This document shows, one piece after another, positions 10,540-23,196 of a stretch of 64,000 nucleotides of DNA (positions are counted from its first letter, which is position 1; every line of letters begins with the position of its first letter). Under the pieces are notes generated by a model, which made no database searches, was not told where the DNA came from, and worked only from the letters and a program-made list of their open reading frames with translations. The position numbers and the translations under genes are program-made. The stretch spans positions 40,362,001-40,426,000 of the forward strand of contig NW_027362765.1 in assembly GCF_046119375.1 (NCBI RefSeq), in the 5' to 3' direction. The stretch comes from Phyllobates terribilis (lineage: Eukaryota).

Positions 10540-13500
10540 CTTGCCGAGTCTGGTTGTTTTTTAAAGACTTGCAGATAACCCCAAAAATTCTATTTGCACC
10601 ACCTGCCAGGCCAGCATCAGCAGAGGTAGCAAAACTAGCAGCCTGACCACCACCAGCATGATCAGGCACATGGCAGCAAAGCACTCGGCTAAGTGGGCCG
10701 AACCCCAGGGTCCAGGAACAGTGTCTGCGGGTGACACCACTGCTTCTTCCGCTGTTGTACGTGCACACCAATCCCCTGTCCATGGCGCATGCAAAGATGC
10801 CTCCGGCTCTGCACGTGTCGTTGCACACTCTCAACTAGCACCAACACCAAGCACGTCCACGTCATTGTCCCAGCGCAGCGTTCAGTTGTCCCTACCCCAG
10901 TCCTTGGAACGCAAGTGCAAATACGCAGCCAACGCCCCACAGGCCACACTACTAAATTCATACATTTTGCGAATGCTTGTGCTCAAAATGTTGCCTTTTA
11001 GGCTCATGGAGACGGAAGCTTTCCACAACCTGATGGCGGCGGTCGTCCCTCGGTACTCGGTCTCCAGGCGCCACTATTTCTCCCGGTGTGCTGTCCCCGC
11101 ATTATACAAGCACATGTCCCACATTAGCCGTGCCCTCAACTACGCAGTTACTGGGAAAGTCCACCTAACCACAGACACGTGGACAAGTGCTCGTGCGCAG
11201 GGACGGTACATCTCGCTGACAGCAAACTCGGTTAATATAGTAGAAGCCGGGACCCAGTCGAACCTTGGGACGGAACACGTCCTGCTAAGGATTGTGGGCC
11301 CTGGGTCAATCGGGGTTGCCCTCACATTCTAGAGTTGCTGCTCCTCCTCCTCCTTTTCAGCCTCCATCTCCGAAATGACCACATCAGTCATAAGCTGGAA
11401 GCACTGCAGCACTGCCTTGGCCAAGGGCAACAGGCTGTGCTGAAGCTAATATGCTTAGGTGACAAACCACACAACGCTGAAGAGTTGTGGACAGCTCTGA
11501 AAGAGCAGGCAGATCTGTGGCTGACACCGCTGAACCTACAACCAGGCATGGTCATGTGTGACAATGGCCGGAACCTGGTGGCAGCTCTAAAGCGAGGGGG
11601 GCTCACACACGTACCATGTCTTGCCCATGTGCTTAACCTCGTGGTTCAGCGGTTTCTCAAAACCTACAACAAGGCTGTCAGTATTCAGGTCAGACTCCAC
11701 ACATAAAACCTCAGGAGTGGACATGGATGTCAGACATATTTACCATCCTCCAAAACTTTGAGGACTCCACCAAGATGGTGACCAGCGATGACTCCATAAT
11801 TAGCATCACCATCCCACATCTCTGTCTTCTGAAACGCTCTCTGCTCACAATTAAAGAGGATGCCTTGCAGGCGGAGCATGATGAGATGGAGGAAGGAACC
11901 ATACAGGTGATTCCACTCAGCCCAGCCTCATCTCATCCCAACGTGGATTGGGTGACAATGAGAAAGAGGAGGAAGAACAGGGGCTAGTTTCCTGCGCTAT
12001 AGACGGTACAGCCTGCATAACTGTCATTCTGTCTGTTTAGCGTGGATGGGCTGAGGACAGGGAGGAGGAAGAGGATGAGGAGGACAACATGGTCAGTCGT
12101 TCTCTTAGTGAGGACACGGAAGTGTTGCCTGTTAGCAGTCTGGCACACATGGCTGAGTTTATGTTACACTGCCTTTCCCGTGACCCTCGCATTGTCCAAA
12201 TTTTGGGTGACAGTCATTACTGCTTGGTGACACTTCTAGACCCACGCTACAAGGAAAAATTTCTGTCTCTTATTCCCGCGCAGGACAGGCCTAATAAAAT
12301 GGGGCATTACGAGAAGGCCATTGTTCCGGAATTATTTAAAAAATTCACATCTAAAAATGCTGGCGGCAGAGGTCACAGTTCGTTGGACAATCAAGGAGTA
12401 CAGGTGAGAGAGACACAAATGCAATCCAGCAGAGGCAGGGGAACACTAAGTTCTGGGGCAGTTTTCTCAGACCCTCCCGTCGCACAGGCCCTGAGGCGCG
12501 GGGTACTCTCACAAGGAGGGAAAAGTTTCGGAAGATGGTGAGGGAGTACCTTGCCGACCGTACCAACGTCCTCCGTGATTCCTCTGTGCCTTATAATTAT
12601 TGGGTATCCAAGCTGGACACGTGGCATGAACTGGCTCTCTAGCCTTGGAGGTCCTGGCCTGCCCTGCCAATAGCGTTTTGTCAGAGCGTTTTTAGTGCTG
12701 CTGGTGGAATTATAACCGATAGGAGCATCCGCTTGTCAACTGAAAATGCTGACAAACTGACTCTTATAAAAATGAACAAGGGCTGGATTGGGCCAGACTT
12801 CTCAACACCACCGAATGATAGCAGGGTAACAAACTCAAATACAGTGGTTTTTTTGGGGGGGGAGGTCTAACTCTATTCCCATGCACCTCTGTCTTCACAC
12901 CCAGACATGGGTATACGCTTCCTGATTTTGTCTATTTGCTCTTGTCCTCCTCCTTCTCATCCTCCACCATATCACCATATCTACGTCTCTTGCAAGGGGC
13001 ATTGGAGTTCCTCCAAATTTTTGGCAGCCGTTGCATTCACTGCATAGGCAAACAGTATGGGAGACCCACTTCCTAATAATGGGAACATTGTTTTCAGGAG
13101 GCCCTCCAACCTCTATGTCTCTTGCAATGGACATTGGAGTGCCTTCAAATTTTTGGCAGCTGTTGGACTGCATACCCTATAACTGTATAGCAGACCCTCT
13201 CCTTTCTAATGGGAACATGTCGTACTCATTACTGTGGACCAGCTCTATGTGTCTTTAAATTGTTGCTGGGGTTTTTCCCAAATTTTGGGAGCCCTTGCAG
13301 TCACTGCATGGGCATTACCACTATAGGAGACCCACTCCTTTATAATGGGAACATTTTTTTACTGAGACCCTCCTCTATGTCTCTTCAAAGGGGTATTGAG
13401 GTGCGTCCCAATTTTTGGCAGCCCTTGCAGTAACTGTATACTCAATAACAGTACAGGAGACCAACTCTTTAATAATGAGAACAACAAAGCATAGCCGACT

Positions 13501-14329
13501 GCTGGCCCTTTAAGAATAGTAAGGGCCGCCTGATGGCCTTATAAAAATAGTGTTTGTGACTTTCAGAGTCCCTCCTTCATAAATGAAACAGGATGTGTCT
13601 AATCATGTCTCACACACCACATGGCCAGATAAGGTAGTAAAATGTTAAAATGACATTTCCCAGTGAATGCATTTTTCACCATTGAAATAAATGCAAAAGT
13701 GCAAAAAGGCATCAAAAATGCTACATGTAAACATAGCCCAAGGTGTGTAGAAGCATATTTTTTTTTCTTTTTTTGCCTTATATACAAGTCATTACCCTGA
13801 AAAGGATGTTCCTTAACATATTTCCCAGGAAAATCCATTTTGGTTTAGTTTTTGTATGTTTTATCGTGAGTCCATAAAAGTGGTGTAATACCTCTGACAA
13901 CATTGTTGACAGCAGTGACCTGGGAGTCAGAAATGCTTCCAGGGATCTTGCCCATGCTGTTCCCATGTCATTTGAGCACTGTTCCCATCGATTTGAGCAA
14001 ATTTTAGGCCTTCTGCAGACCGCCGGGTAGGGTGGGGCCGCCGGAAAAATGCTCGAGTTTCCCATAGACTTACATTGGGCTCGTTACTCGAACCGAGCAC
14101 TCGAGCATTCTAATTTGCTTGACCTGAGCAACGAGTACCCGAGCATTTTAGTGCTCGCTCATCACGACCGGCAAGTATAATTCTATTTTCTCCCCTCACC
14201 CTCCATGACAGCACAATAGGAGCAATACCAAAGAAAAATTCTCTGGGAGAGATGATTTCCTGAAAGAGTTTCCTCCCAAGGCTAATCCTTATTATACATT
14301 TAATCTAATCTATATTGCTTAGAGAAGGT

Positions 14330-15252
14330 ATAGACCGAGGATCAGATGGCAGCTCTGCAGATCTGCTCGATGTTGGCGCTGGCCCTTTCAGCCTAGGAGA
14401 TCAACAAGGCTCTTGTGGACTGAGCTCTCAACCTCTCTGGTAAAAGACTGACTTCTATATGCTTCACAAATAGCTTTCTTAAGCCAGTTGACTATGGTAC
14501 TCTTCAAAATCTTGTTTCCCTTGTTCTGTTCACAATATTGGATAAAGAGATTCTGGTCCTTCCTCCAGGACTTTTATCTGTTGAAGAAAATGAAGAATGG
14601 TTCTCCGTATGTCTAATAAATGAAATTCCTTTTATCTGTCATTGGTTGGATCCTGACAGAAAGCCAGTAGAATTATCTCCAGAGACATGTGAAATTCCAA
14701 TGTGACTTTTGGTAAAAAAAAGATGGGTCTAGATGGAACACAATTCAGTCTTCTAGGGTCCTCAGATATGGGTCTCTGATTGATAGCGCCTGTAGTTCAC
14801 TAATTCTTCTTGTCGTTGTTATAGCTACAAGAAAAGCTGACTTCCAGGACAGTTTACTTAAATCTACTGAGGCTATTTGATTTGCTCAAAAGAAGATAGA
14901 GTTAAACCCTTGAGGACAATAGTTAGGTCCCAATGTGGGATTATGTTGGTCTTTCTTGGATGTACCTGGGAAGCTGCGGTAATGAATGTTGTTATCTACC
15001 AATGATTTGCTAAATCCTGGTAAAAAAAAGAAAAGAACTTAAGACTGACACCTGGACTTTGAGGGTATTAGGTTTTAAGCCTCTTCCCAGATCATCCTGC
15101 AGGAAATCCAAGATTCTGGCTATGTCTGGATGAAACAGATCCAAAGAAACAGCCCCATACCATGAGATAAAGGGTTTCCATATTTTCCCATAGAGGGTAT
15201 TAGTTCTTTGTTTTCTGCTCTTTTGAAGGGTACTTGTGACCCTATCTGACAC
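14330..15252 (-). pseudogene. DIRS tyrosine recombinase remnant
   Basis: Lambda-integrase-like N-terminus and a degenerate HSTR..SWA..ICRAA catalytic region with stops. Confidence 0.75.
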
Positions 15253-15261
15253 ACCTTTTGC

Positions 15262-16900
15262 CTATAATATTTCAGCTTTAGAAACCAAGCAGCCAGAGAA
15301 AGATTTTGGGGACTGAAAAATTGGACCTTGTTGTAGAAGATCGTAGACCGGAGGGAAAATAATTAGGTCCTCTGACCTCAAGTTATTTAATGTCCCGAAA
15401 CCGCTCCTTTTTGGCCAAAAGGGTGCAATAAGTATTGTATTGACTCCTTCCGTCCTGATTTTATTTACGTTTTTTGCTAGTATGGGAATCAGGATCAAAG
15501 TGTAAGCCAACTTGAAATTCCAGGGATGGGCATATGCGTCTACCGCCACACGTGTCGTTTGGATCCAGGGAGAAATATTGGTCTACTTTTGCGTTTTGAC
15601 GTTTTGCAAATAAGTCCACCTCTGGATGGCTCCCTTTCTGGTTATCATTTGAAAAATCTTGGTTTCAGACTCCACTCGCCCAGATGTAAGTCTTTTCTGC
15701 TCAGGAAGTCTGCTTGTGTGTTGGCGGAAACTCTTAGATGGAGTGCCAATAGGGACAGAAGATGTTACTCTGAACAAGAGAAGATTCTTGCTGAGATTGC
15801 CCTCAGATTCCAGTATTTTGTACTTCCCTGGTGAAGGAGGAATGTTACTGCAGTTTTGAGGGTCTCTTACCACTTTCAGTTCTGTGAAATTTGATGATTA
15901 AATGCTTATTTCTTGTGGCCAGACCTCTTGAAAAGAAACTCAGGAGACTATTTCTCCCCATAATCTTTTGCTGGCATCCATCACTATAGTTGTCAGCGGG
16001 AACTGAATCCAGGATACTCCTTTTGCTAGATTCTCTTCTTGACCCACCAGCCAAGGGAAGATTTAACTTGAACAGGCAGATAAATTGTTCTGTTTAGAGA
16101 TTCAGGGGATCTGTTCCAGCAGGACAGAATATAAGTTTGAAGAATTCTTGTGAGCACTTGGGACCATGGTACAGCTTGGATACATGATGTCATGGATCCC
16201 AGGACAAATTTTGCAAACCTTAGAGAGACTAACTTTTGACTTTGAAGAGCAGAGATTGTGTATCTTATCTGCATTTGCTTGTCTCTTGGTAGAAAGGATG
16301 CCTGTTTTTGAGAATCCAGAAGGAACTCCAGGAAAAACTTTTAAGTCCAACTTCTGCAGATTCACCAACCATCCCAAAGATGTTAGGATCTGAAGCTATA
16401 TTCATACATATTCCCTGAGAAGTGGTACAGAAGGAGCCATGATTAAGAAGTCGTTGAGATAAGGAATGATATTTACATTCTGTTTCCTGATAAATGCTAC
16501 TACCTCTGCCATGATTTTTGTGAACACCTGAGGTGCAGATGAGATCCCGAAAAGTAACACATTGAATTGGTAGTGAAGAGTCCGCTGCTCATGCATAATC
16601 GTGAATTTTAAAATTTACGATGAGCTGAATGTATGGGAATATTATAACAGGCATCTTGCAAATCGACAGTTGACATCAAAGGGTACGGTGGATCTTATGG
16701 ATTCCATCTTGAATCTTCTGTATGCGATATACTGCTTTAAGGGCTTTAGATTTATAATAATCCTGAAGGCTCCATTTCATTTCTTTATTAGAAATAGGCG
16801 AGAATAATGAGCTTTACTATGTTATCTGGAACTAATGAGGTAACGTCTGACATTTGCAGATCTTGGAGCCCGGATATCAGAACCATTTGTAATTTTTGAG
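15262..16900 (-). pseudogene. DIRS RT / RNase H / adenine-methylase-like ORF remnant
   Basis: Fragmented ORFs 16402-16596, 16102-16377, 15583-15873 and 15262-15549 in canonical DIRS order. Confidence 0.8.
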
Positions 16901-17288
16901 ATGTAATGGAGGTTATTTTTAAATTTTGTGCAAGATAGAAGGAGAACCCGATCTTTACTCCCTCCCTGATGGATTCTAGAATTCTTCGTTCTGAGGAAAT
17001 TATTTGTCACTGAGAAAATAAATTTGCGATTTTGCCCCCTACACATCCAGTGTCATTGTCCAACTTGACTCTGATGTTTAAAAATATTGCTATTCCTTCC
17101 TCCTTTGGAGTAGATTCATCGTCCCATCTTCTCCTTTTCTCTATACTGTGGAGGTTGGGTCTGTGGTGGATGAAAGGATTTTCGCCTGATGACTTTCAGC
17201 TCAGGTAGTGACTTCTTTTTATTTGATTTATTTTCTAAGAAGTTTGTCTAGAGCAGGCCCAAACACATATTCACCCTGAAAGGGAATG

Positions 17289-18980
17289 TGTAGCGTCGGC
17301 GTCCCTGCCCCCTGCTAGGCAGGGACGCTGTTCCCCTCACCTCTCCGCTCCGTGCCCGGCGTCTTCCTCCCGCTCTGCTGGCAGCGCGCGCTGCTTCCCG
17401 GCCACTGTGCTTAGGGCGCGCGCGTGCTCCCCCTCTCTTAAAGGGGCCGTCCTAAGGAGTCCCCGGCCAATGGCAGGAGGACCTCACCATATATAAGGCA
17501 CCTCCTCCAAAATGGAGGTGCCCGAGCAATGTTGTTGCATAGCCTATCACTCTGCTTCAGCCCTCAGGTCCCGTTACCAGATACCTGCCAGTTACCTGCC
17601 AGATTCCCGCTTGATACCTGCCTGATACTTGTCTATCTGCTTACATTCCTGCGGTCCGACAGTCTGCCTACCAGCCCTGCCAGTCTGTCTATGGATCTGT
17701 TTGCCCGCTCACCTGGGAGCGCTCATCTGCTACCTGCCTGCTAGCCTACCTGGAGACTCTGCAGTCACGTGCTGTGTCCACCTGCCTGTCCAGAGACTCT
17801 TACCCGCTCACCTGGGAGCGTCCGCCTGCTACCTGCCTGCTAGCCTACCTGGAGGCTCTGCCGTCACGTGCTGTGTCCACCTGCCTGTCCAGAGACTCTT
17901 ACCCGCTCACCTGGGAGCGTCCGCCTGCTACCTGCCTGCTAGCCTACGTGGAGGCTCTGCCGTCACGTGCTGTGACCACCTGCCTGTCCTGAGACTCTTG
18001 CCCGCTCACCTGGGAGCGTCCGCCTGCTACCTGCCTGCTAGCCTACCTGGAGTCTCTGCCGTCACGTGCTGTGTCCACCTGCCTGTCTAGAGACTCTTAC
18101 CCGCTCACCTGGGAGCGTCCGCCTGCTACCTGCCTGCTAGCCTACCTGGAGGCTCTGCCGTCACGTGCTGTGACCACCTGCCTGTCCTGAGACTCTTGCC
18201 CGCTCACCTGGGAGCGTCCATCTGCTACCTGCCTGCTAGCCTACCTGGAGACTCTGCCGTCAAGTGCTGTGACCACCTGCCTGTCCAGAGACTCTTACCC
18301 GCTCACCTGGGAACGTGCGCCTGCTACCTGCCTGCTAGCCTACCTGGAGGCTCTGCCGTCACGTGCTGTGACCACCTGCCTGTCCAGAGACTCTTACCCG
18401 CTCACCTGGGAGCGTCCGCCTGCTACCTGCCTGCTAGCCTACCTGGAGGCTCTGCCGTCATGTGCTGTGACCACCTGCCTGTCCTGAGACTCTTACCCGC
18501 TCACCTGGGAGCGTCCGCCTGCTACCTGCCTGCTAGCCTACCTGGAGGCTCTGCCGTCATGTGCTGTGACCACCTGCCTGTCCTGAGACTCTTGCCCGCT
18601 CACCTGGGAGCGTCCACCTGCTACCTGCCTGCTAGCCTATCTGGAGGTTTAGCTGTCACTTGCTGTGACCACCCGCCTGTCAAGAGACTGTCCCCGTCAC
18701 TTGCCGTGACCACCCGCCTGTCAAGAGACTGTCCCCGTCACTTGCCGTGACCTCCTGCCCTTCTACCCAGAGACTGTCCCCGTCACTTGCCGTGACCTCC
18801 TGCCCTTCTACCCAGAGACTGTCCCCGTCACTTGCCGTGACCTTCTGCCCTTCTACCCAGAGACTGTCCCCTTCACTTGCCGTGACTACCTGCCCGCCTA
18901 CCCTGGGAGCCACCCGCTTCCTTACAAGGACTGCCCCTTTGTATCGTTGCTCAGAGGTTCCACCTCCCAGACCCGTTACA
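17289..18980 (+). repeat. Gypsy B 5' LTR (1692 bp) with 10 x 99-bp and 5 x 41-45-bp internal tandem units
   Basis: GC-rich U3, CCAAT, TATATAA at 17490-17496. CCCGCTCACCTGGGA recurs every 99 bp from 17704 to 18595. Confidence 0.95.
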
Positions 18981-18993
18981 GTTTGCTCGGACA

Positions 18994-19944
18994 ATGGAAC
19001 CCGGTGGCACCCAAGCTCCCTCGCTCTCGGACTTATGTCATGAACTTTCCCGTCAGAGGTCCCAACAGGAATCCATCCTGAGTCACTTGCGTAGTGTTAA
19101 CTCCCGCCTGGACACATTGTCTACCTCTTCGGGAGCTGCCTCCACACGCACACTTACTACCCCGGCACCGCCTCAGCCCATCAACACCATGGCATCTCTT
19201 CCCGGTCCCCGCCTCTCCGCTCCTCCTCGTTTTGGCGGAGATCCCAGCCAGGCACGGGGCTTCATTAACCAGTGCACTCTGCACTTCGAACTGTTGGCAC
19301 ACCAGTTTTCCACCGACCGAGCCAAAGTAGCCTTCATCATGTCCCATCTCACGGGAGAGGCACTGGCTTGGCTAAATCCTCTATGGGAGAGAGGAGACCC
19401 CCTGGTGTCCAACCTGCCAGCCTTTCTCACGGCTTTCCGGAAAGTCTTCGACGAACCAGGGCGGAAGACCTCATCCGCATCATCTCTGCTACGCCTCCGT
19501 CAAGGAAATCTCACCGTGAGCCAATATGCCATACGGTTCCGTACCCTTGCTTCGGAGCTGGCCTGGGATAACGATGCCCCGGTGTCTGTCTTTTGGGAGG
19601 GTCTGTCCGGCCGTATTAAAGATGAACTCGCCGGTCGGGACATTCCTGCCACTCTCGACGACTTAATAACTCTTGCCACCCGGATTGACATCCGGCTCCA
19701 GGAGCGTGCCAAAGAGGTCACCTGTGAGAGGATGTTTCCACGTCTAGCCCCTACCTTCCAGAAACCCGTCACTTCTCCCGTTACTCCCCAGGCGCACTCA
19801 CCCGAGCCTATGCAGGTCGACCAGACCAAGATGGTCAAGACCCGTCAAGAGATACGCCGAGCCGAGGGGAGCTGCTTCTACTGTGGCAGTAAGGAGCACC
19901 GGATCCGTTCCTGCCCGGAGAGGTCGGGAAACGCCTGTGTCTAG
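18994..19944 (+). CDS. gag: Gypsy B Gag (intact ORF, 316 aa)
   Basis: PPRFGGDP..ARGFINQC, AKVAFIMSHLTGEALAW, LRQGNLTVSQYAIRF and CFYCGSKEHRIRSC zinc knuckle. Confidence 0.93.
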   Translation: MEPGGTQAPSLSDLCHELSRQRSQQESILSHLRSVNSRLDTLSTSSGAASTRTLTTPAPPQPINTMASLPGPRLSAPPRFGGDPSQARGFINQCTLHFELLAHQFSTDRAKVAFIMSHLTGEALAWLNPLWERGDPLVSNLPAFLTAFRKVFDEPGRKTSSASSLLRLRQGNLTVSQYAIRFRTLASELAWDNDAPVSVFWEGLSGRIKDELAGRDIPATLDDLITLATRIDIRLQERAKEVTCERMFPRLAPTFQKPVTSPVTPQAHSPEPMQVDQTKMVKTRQEIRRAEGSCFYCGSKEHRIRSCPERSGNACV

Positions 19945-22900
19945 GATCGCTCAGAGAGGTCGTCCTAGATAAGAGTAAACCCTCTCCATCTCTGTTGCTG
20001 TCGGTCTCTATCATCTGCGGGGAGAACCGCTATTTTGAACTAGCCCAACTTGACTCTGGAGCTGCCGGAAATCTCATTTCTCAGTCCCTGGTAGAGAAAT
20101 ACCGCATTCCCACCAAACCCCCTAGCTGTACCCTTATCTGTCGCTGCCGTAGATGGGGGCCTCTTACCACATCCCATCCAACTCATCACCGAATCCATAA
20201 CCCTGCAGGTGGGAATGCTGCACTCAGAGAGCATCTTCTTTCATGTTCTGCCTGGACTCTCTCACGCCCTCTTGCTAGGCCTACCTTGGCTTCAGAAACA
20301 TGCACCCGTGCTTGATTGGCAGACTGGAGAAGTCCTTCGCTGGGGACAGGACTGCCATAAGACTTGTTTAGTTCCCGTCCATCCTGTCCGTCCTTCTCCT
20401 ACCCCAGCCAATCTACCTGGTCTTCCGGTTCTGTATTGGTCTTATGCGGACGTCTTTAATAAAAAGGAGGCAGAGACATTACCCCCTCATAGACCATACG
20501 ACTGCCCAATCGACCTGATGCCCGGCGCTACTCCTCCCCGTGGGCGTATTTACCCTTTGTCCGCTGCTGAGACCCTGTCCATGTCTGAATATATTGAGGA
20601 GAATCTGGCCCGGGGATTTATCCGGAAATCGACCTCCCCGGCGGGAGCAGGCTTCTTCTTCGTCAAAAAGAAGGACGGTTCACTCCGTCCCTGTATAGAC
20701 TATAGAGGCCTTAACCAGATCACGGTGAAGAATAAATACCCCCTTCCGCTCATTCCGGAATTATTTGACCGTCTGAGGGGGGCTAGAATCTTCACCAAGC
20801 TGGACCTCCGTGGGGCGTATAACCTGGTCCGTATCCGTCAGGGGGATGAATGGAAGACGGCATTCAACACCCGGGACGGCCACTATGAATACCTGGTAAT
20901 GCCCTTCGGTCTCTGTAACGCTCCCGCCGTCTTTCAAGAGTTGGTCAATGACATCTTCCGGGACCTTCTCTACTCCTGCGTAGTGGTGTACCTGGACGAC
21001 ATCTTGGTCTTCTCTCCGGATCTTCTCACTCACCGGAGGGATGTTAGTCAGGTCCTGCTCAGGCTCAGGCAGAACCACCTCTACGCTAAATATGAGAAGT
21101 GCCTCTTTGAGCAGACCTCACTTCCGTTTTTGGGCTACATAATCTCTCAGACCGGCCTACGAATGGATCCTGAGAAACTGTCTGCCATCCAGAAGTGGCC
21201 CCGACCAGAGGGGTTGAAGGCTATTCAGCGGTTCCTGGGCTTCGCCAACTACTACCGCCTCTTCATACCGCACTTCTCTTCCCGGACTGCCCCAATCTCT
21301 GCGCTCACCCGTAAGGGCACTAATCCCAGAGAATGGCCGCCCGAAGCAGAGGAAGCCTTTCTTTCCTTAAAACAGGCTTTCTCTTCTGCCCCGGTGCTGC
21401 ATCGTCCGGACGGCAACAAACAATTCTTCCTGGAAGTGGACGCCTCCTCCTCTGTAGCCGGAGCGGTACTTACCCAAAAGTCGTCTTCCGGAAGAATGGT
21501 AACTTGCGGCTTCTTCTCCAAACTCTTCTCCCCTTCTGAGCGCAATTATTCTATAGGAGACCGAGAGTTATTGGCCATTAAGCTGGCACTGGAGGAGTGG
21601 CGTTACCTGCTCGAGGGGGCTCTTCACCCGGTAATTATTTACACGGACCACAAGAACTTGGCTTACCTCCAGAGCGCCCAGAGACTTAACCTGCGCCAAG
21701 CCCGGTGGTCCTTGTTTTTTGCCCGCTTTGAATTCGTTCTTCATTTTCGCCCGGCAGACAAAAACATCAAAGCTGACGCCTTGTCCCGATCCTTCCTGGT
21801 GTCTGATCTAGAGGAGGAGCCTAAGCACATCATTGATCCCGCCAGAGTAATGCAGGTGGCCCCCGTGAATCTAAATCGTCTCCCTCCCGGTAAGACGTTC
21901 GTAACAGTACCTGATCGGAGGAAGGTCCTACACTGGGGTCACTCGTCTAAGCTAGCTGGCCACGCCGGTCAGAAAAAGACCCTCCAGCTTATTGCCCGGC
22001 ATTACTGGTGGCCTACCCTGCACAAGGACGTAATAGACTTTGTTTCAGCCTGTGTGTCCTGCGCCCGCAACAAGGTACCGAGACATCTGCCAGCTGGTCG
22101 CCTCCTTCCTCTTCCAGTACCTGCTGCCCCGTGGCAGCATATAGCTATGGACTTTATAACGGATCTCCCTGTCTCTGCCGGTTGTACGGTCATTTGGGTG
22201 GTCGCTGACTGCTTTTCCAAGATGGCTCACTTCATTCCCCTGCCGGGCCTCCCGTCTGCACCCGAGCTGGCTAAAGACTTTATCCGCCACATCTTCCGTC
22301 TCCATGGCCTGTCCCTCCACATCGTGTCGGATTGTGGGGTTCAGTTCACCTCACGCTTCTGGAGAGCCACATGTTAGCTGCTTAACGTCACCCTGGACTT
22401 CTCCTCTGCTTACCACCCACAGTCCAATGGTCAAGTGGAGCGGATCAATCAGATCCTGACCAGTTACCTCCGGCACTTCGTTAATGCCCACCATTCGGAC
22501 TGGGTGGATCTCCTACCATGGGCCGAGTTCTCTTACAATAATCACGAGAGCGAATCTTCCTCCACATCCCCGTTTTTTGTAGTCTTCGGTCAGCATCCTC
22601 GGATCCCATTTCCCGCCTCCACCTCGGTGGACAATCCGGCTGCGGAATCTCTCGTTAGCGAATTCTCCTCCATTTGGGAGAGTACCCGATCCGCACTCCT
22701 TCAGTCGTCCGAGCGGATGAAAAAACACGCTGACAAAAAACGCCTGGATCCTCCACAATTCCGTCCTGGAGATAAAGTCTGGCTCTCGTCCAAGTATGTC
22801 CGGCTCAAGATTCCTTCCTACAAGTTAGGGCCTCGGTTCATCGGCCCACTGGAAGTTATCAAACAAATCAATCCGGTGGCCTATAAATTGAAACTCCCGG

Positions 22901-23190
22901 CCAACTTGCGGATCCCTAACTCCTTCCATGTATCTCTCCTCAAACCCGTGGTATTTAACTCTTTTTCCAAGTCTACAGGTACGCCTCCTGCTCCGGTTTC
23001 CACTGAAAACGAGTTTTAGGTAGAGAACATTCTGGCCACCAAAAGGGTAAGAGGAAAGACCTTTTTTCTAGTAGATTGGAAGGGGTTTGGTCCTGAGGAG
23101 AGAACGTGGGAGCCCCGGGAGAACATCCATGCCCCTCTCATCCTTGATAAATTTCTATCTGGCCTAAAAAAGGGGGGGCCTAAAGGGGGG
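19929..23190 (+). pseudogene. pol: Gypsy B Pol pseudogene (in the -1 frame to gag)
   Basis: Protease LDSGA, then an extra C in the run at 20118-20122. RT YLDD, RNase H and integrase follow, with in-frame TAG at 22375 and 23017. Chromodomain VENILATKRVRGKTFFLVDWKGFGPEERTWEP lies after the last stop. Confidence 0.93.
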
Positions 23191-23196
23191 GGGTAC

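Larger units (their letters stand above)
4758..12830 (+). pseudogene. hAT transposase pseudogene (ZBED-like), split by Gypsy A
   Basis: Acidic N-terminus (4758-5552). BED finger remnant VWLFF...ICTTCQASISRG...TTTSMIRHMAAKH just after 10545. HLTTDTWTS, VMCDNGRNL and HVPCLAHVLNLVV motifs. C-terminal dimerisation region YWVSKLDTWHEL...RLSTENADKLTLIKMN. Stops, frameshifts and an internal deletion near 11670. Confidence 0.9.
3740..14167 (+). mobile_element. Decayed hAT DNA transposon (BED-finger family), copy 1; hosts Gypsy A
   Basis: Right end GCTCGCTCATCAC at about 14153-14165, and a TATA (TATATAAG) near 3928. Transposase remnants lie on both sides of the Gypsy. It is homologous to copy 2 at 56873-64000(-). 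The left TIR was not found. Confidence 0.85.

Noticed and set aside
4758-12830. Domesticated ZBED host gene
   Set aside because: It has stops, frameshifts, an internal deletion and a Gypsy insertion, and a second decayed copy lies in the window.
17629-18750. Cys-rich 33-aa repeat ORFs (also 23534-24427), resembling keratin-associated or metallothionein proteins
   Set aside because: They are the 99-bp LTR arrays, use non-ATG starts and vary in length between the two LTRs.
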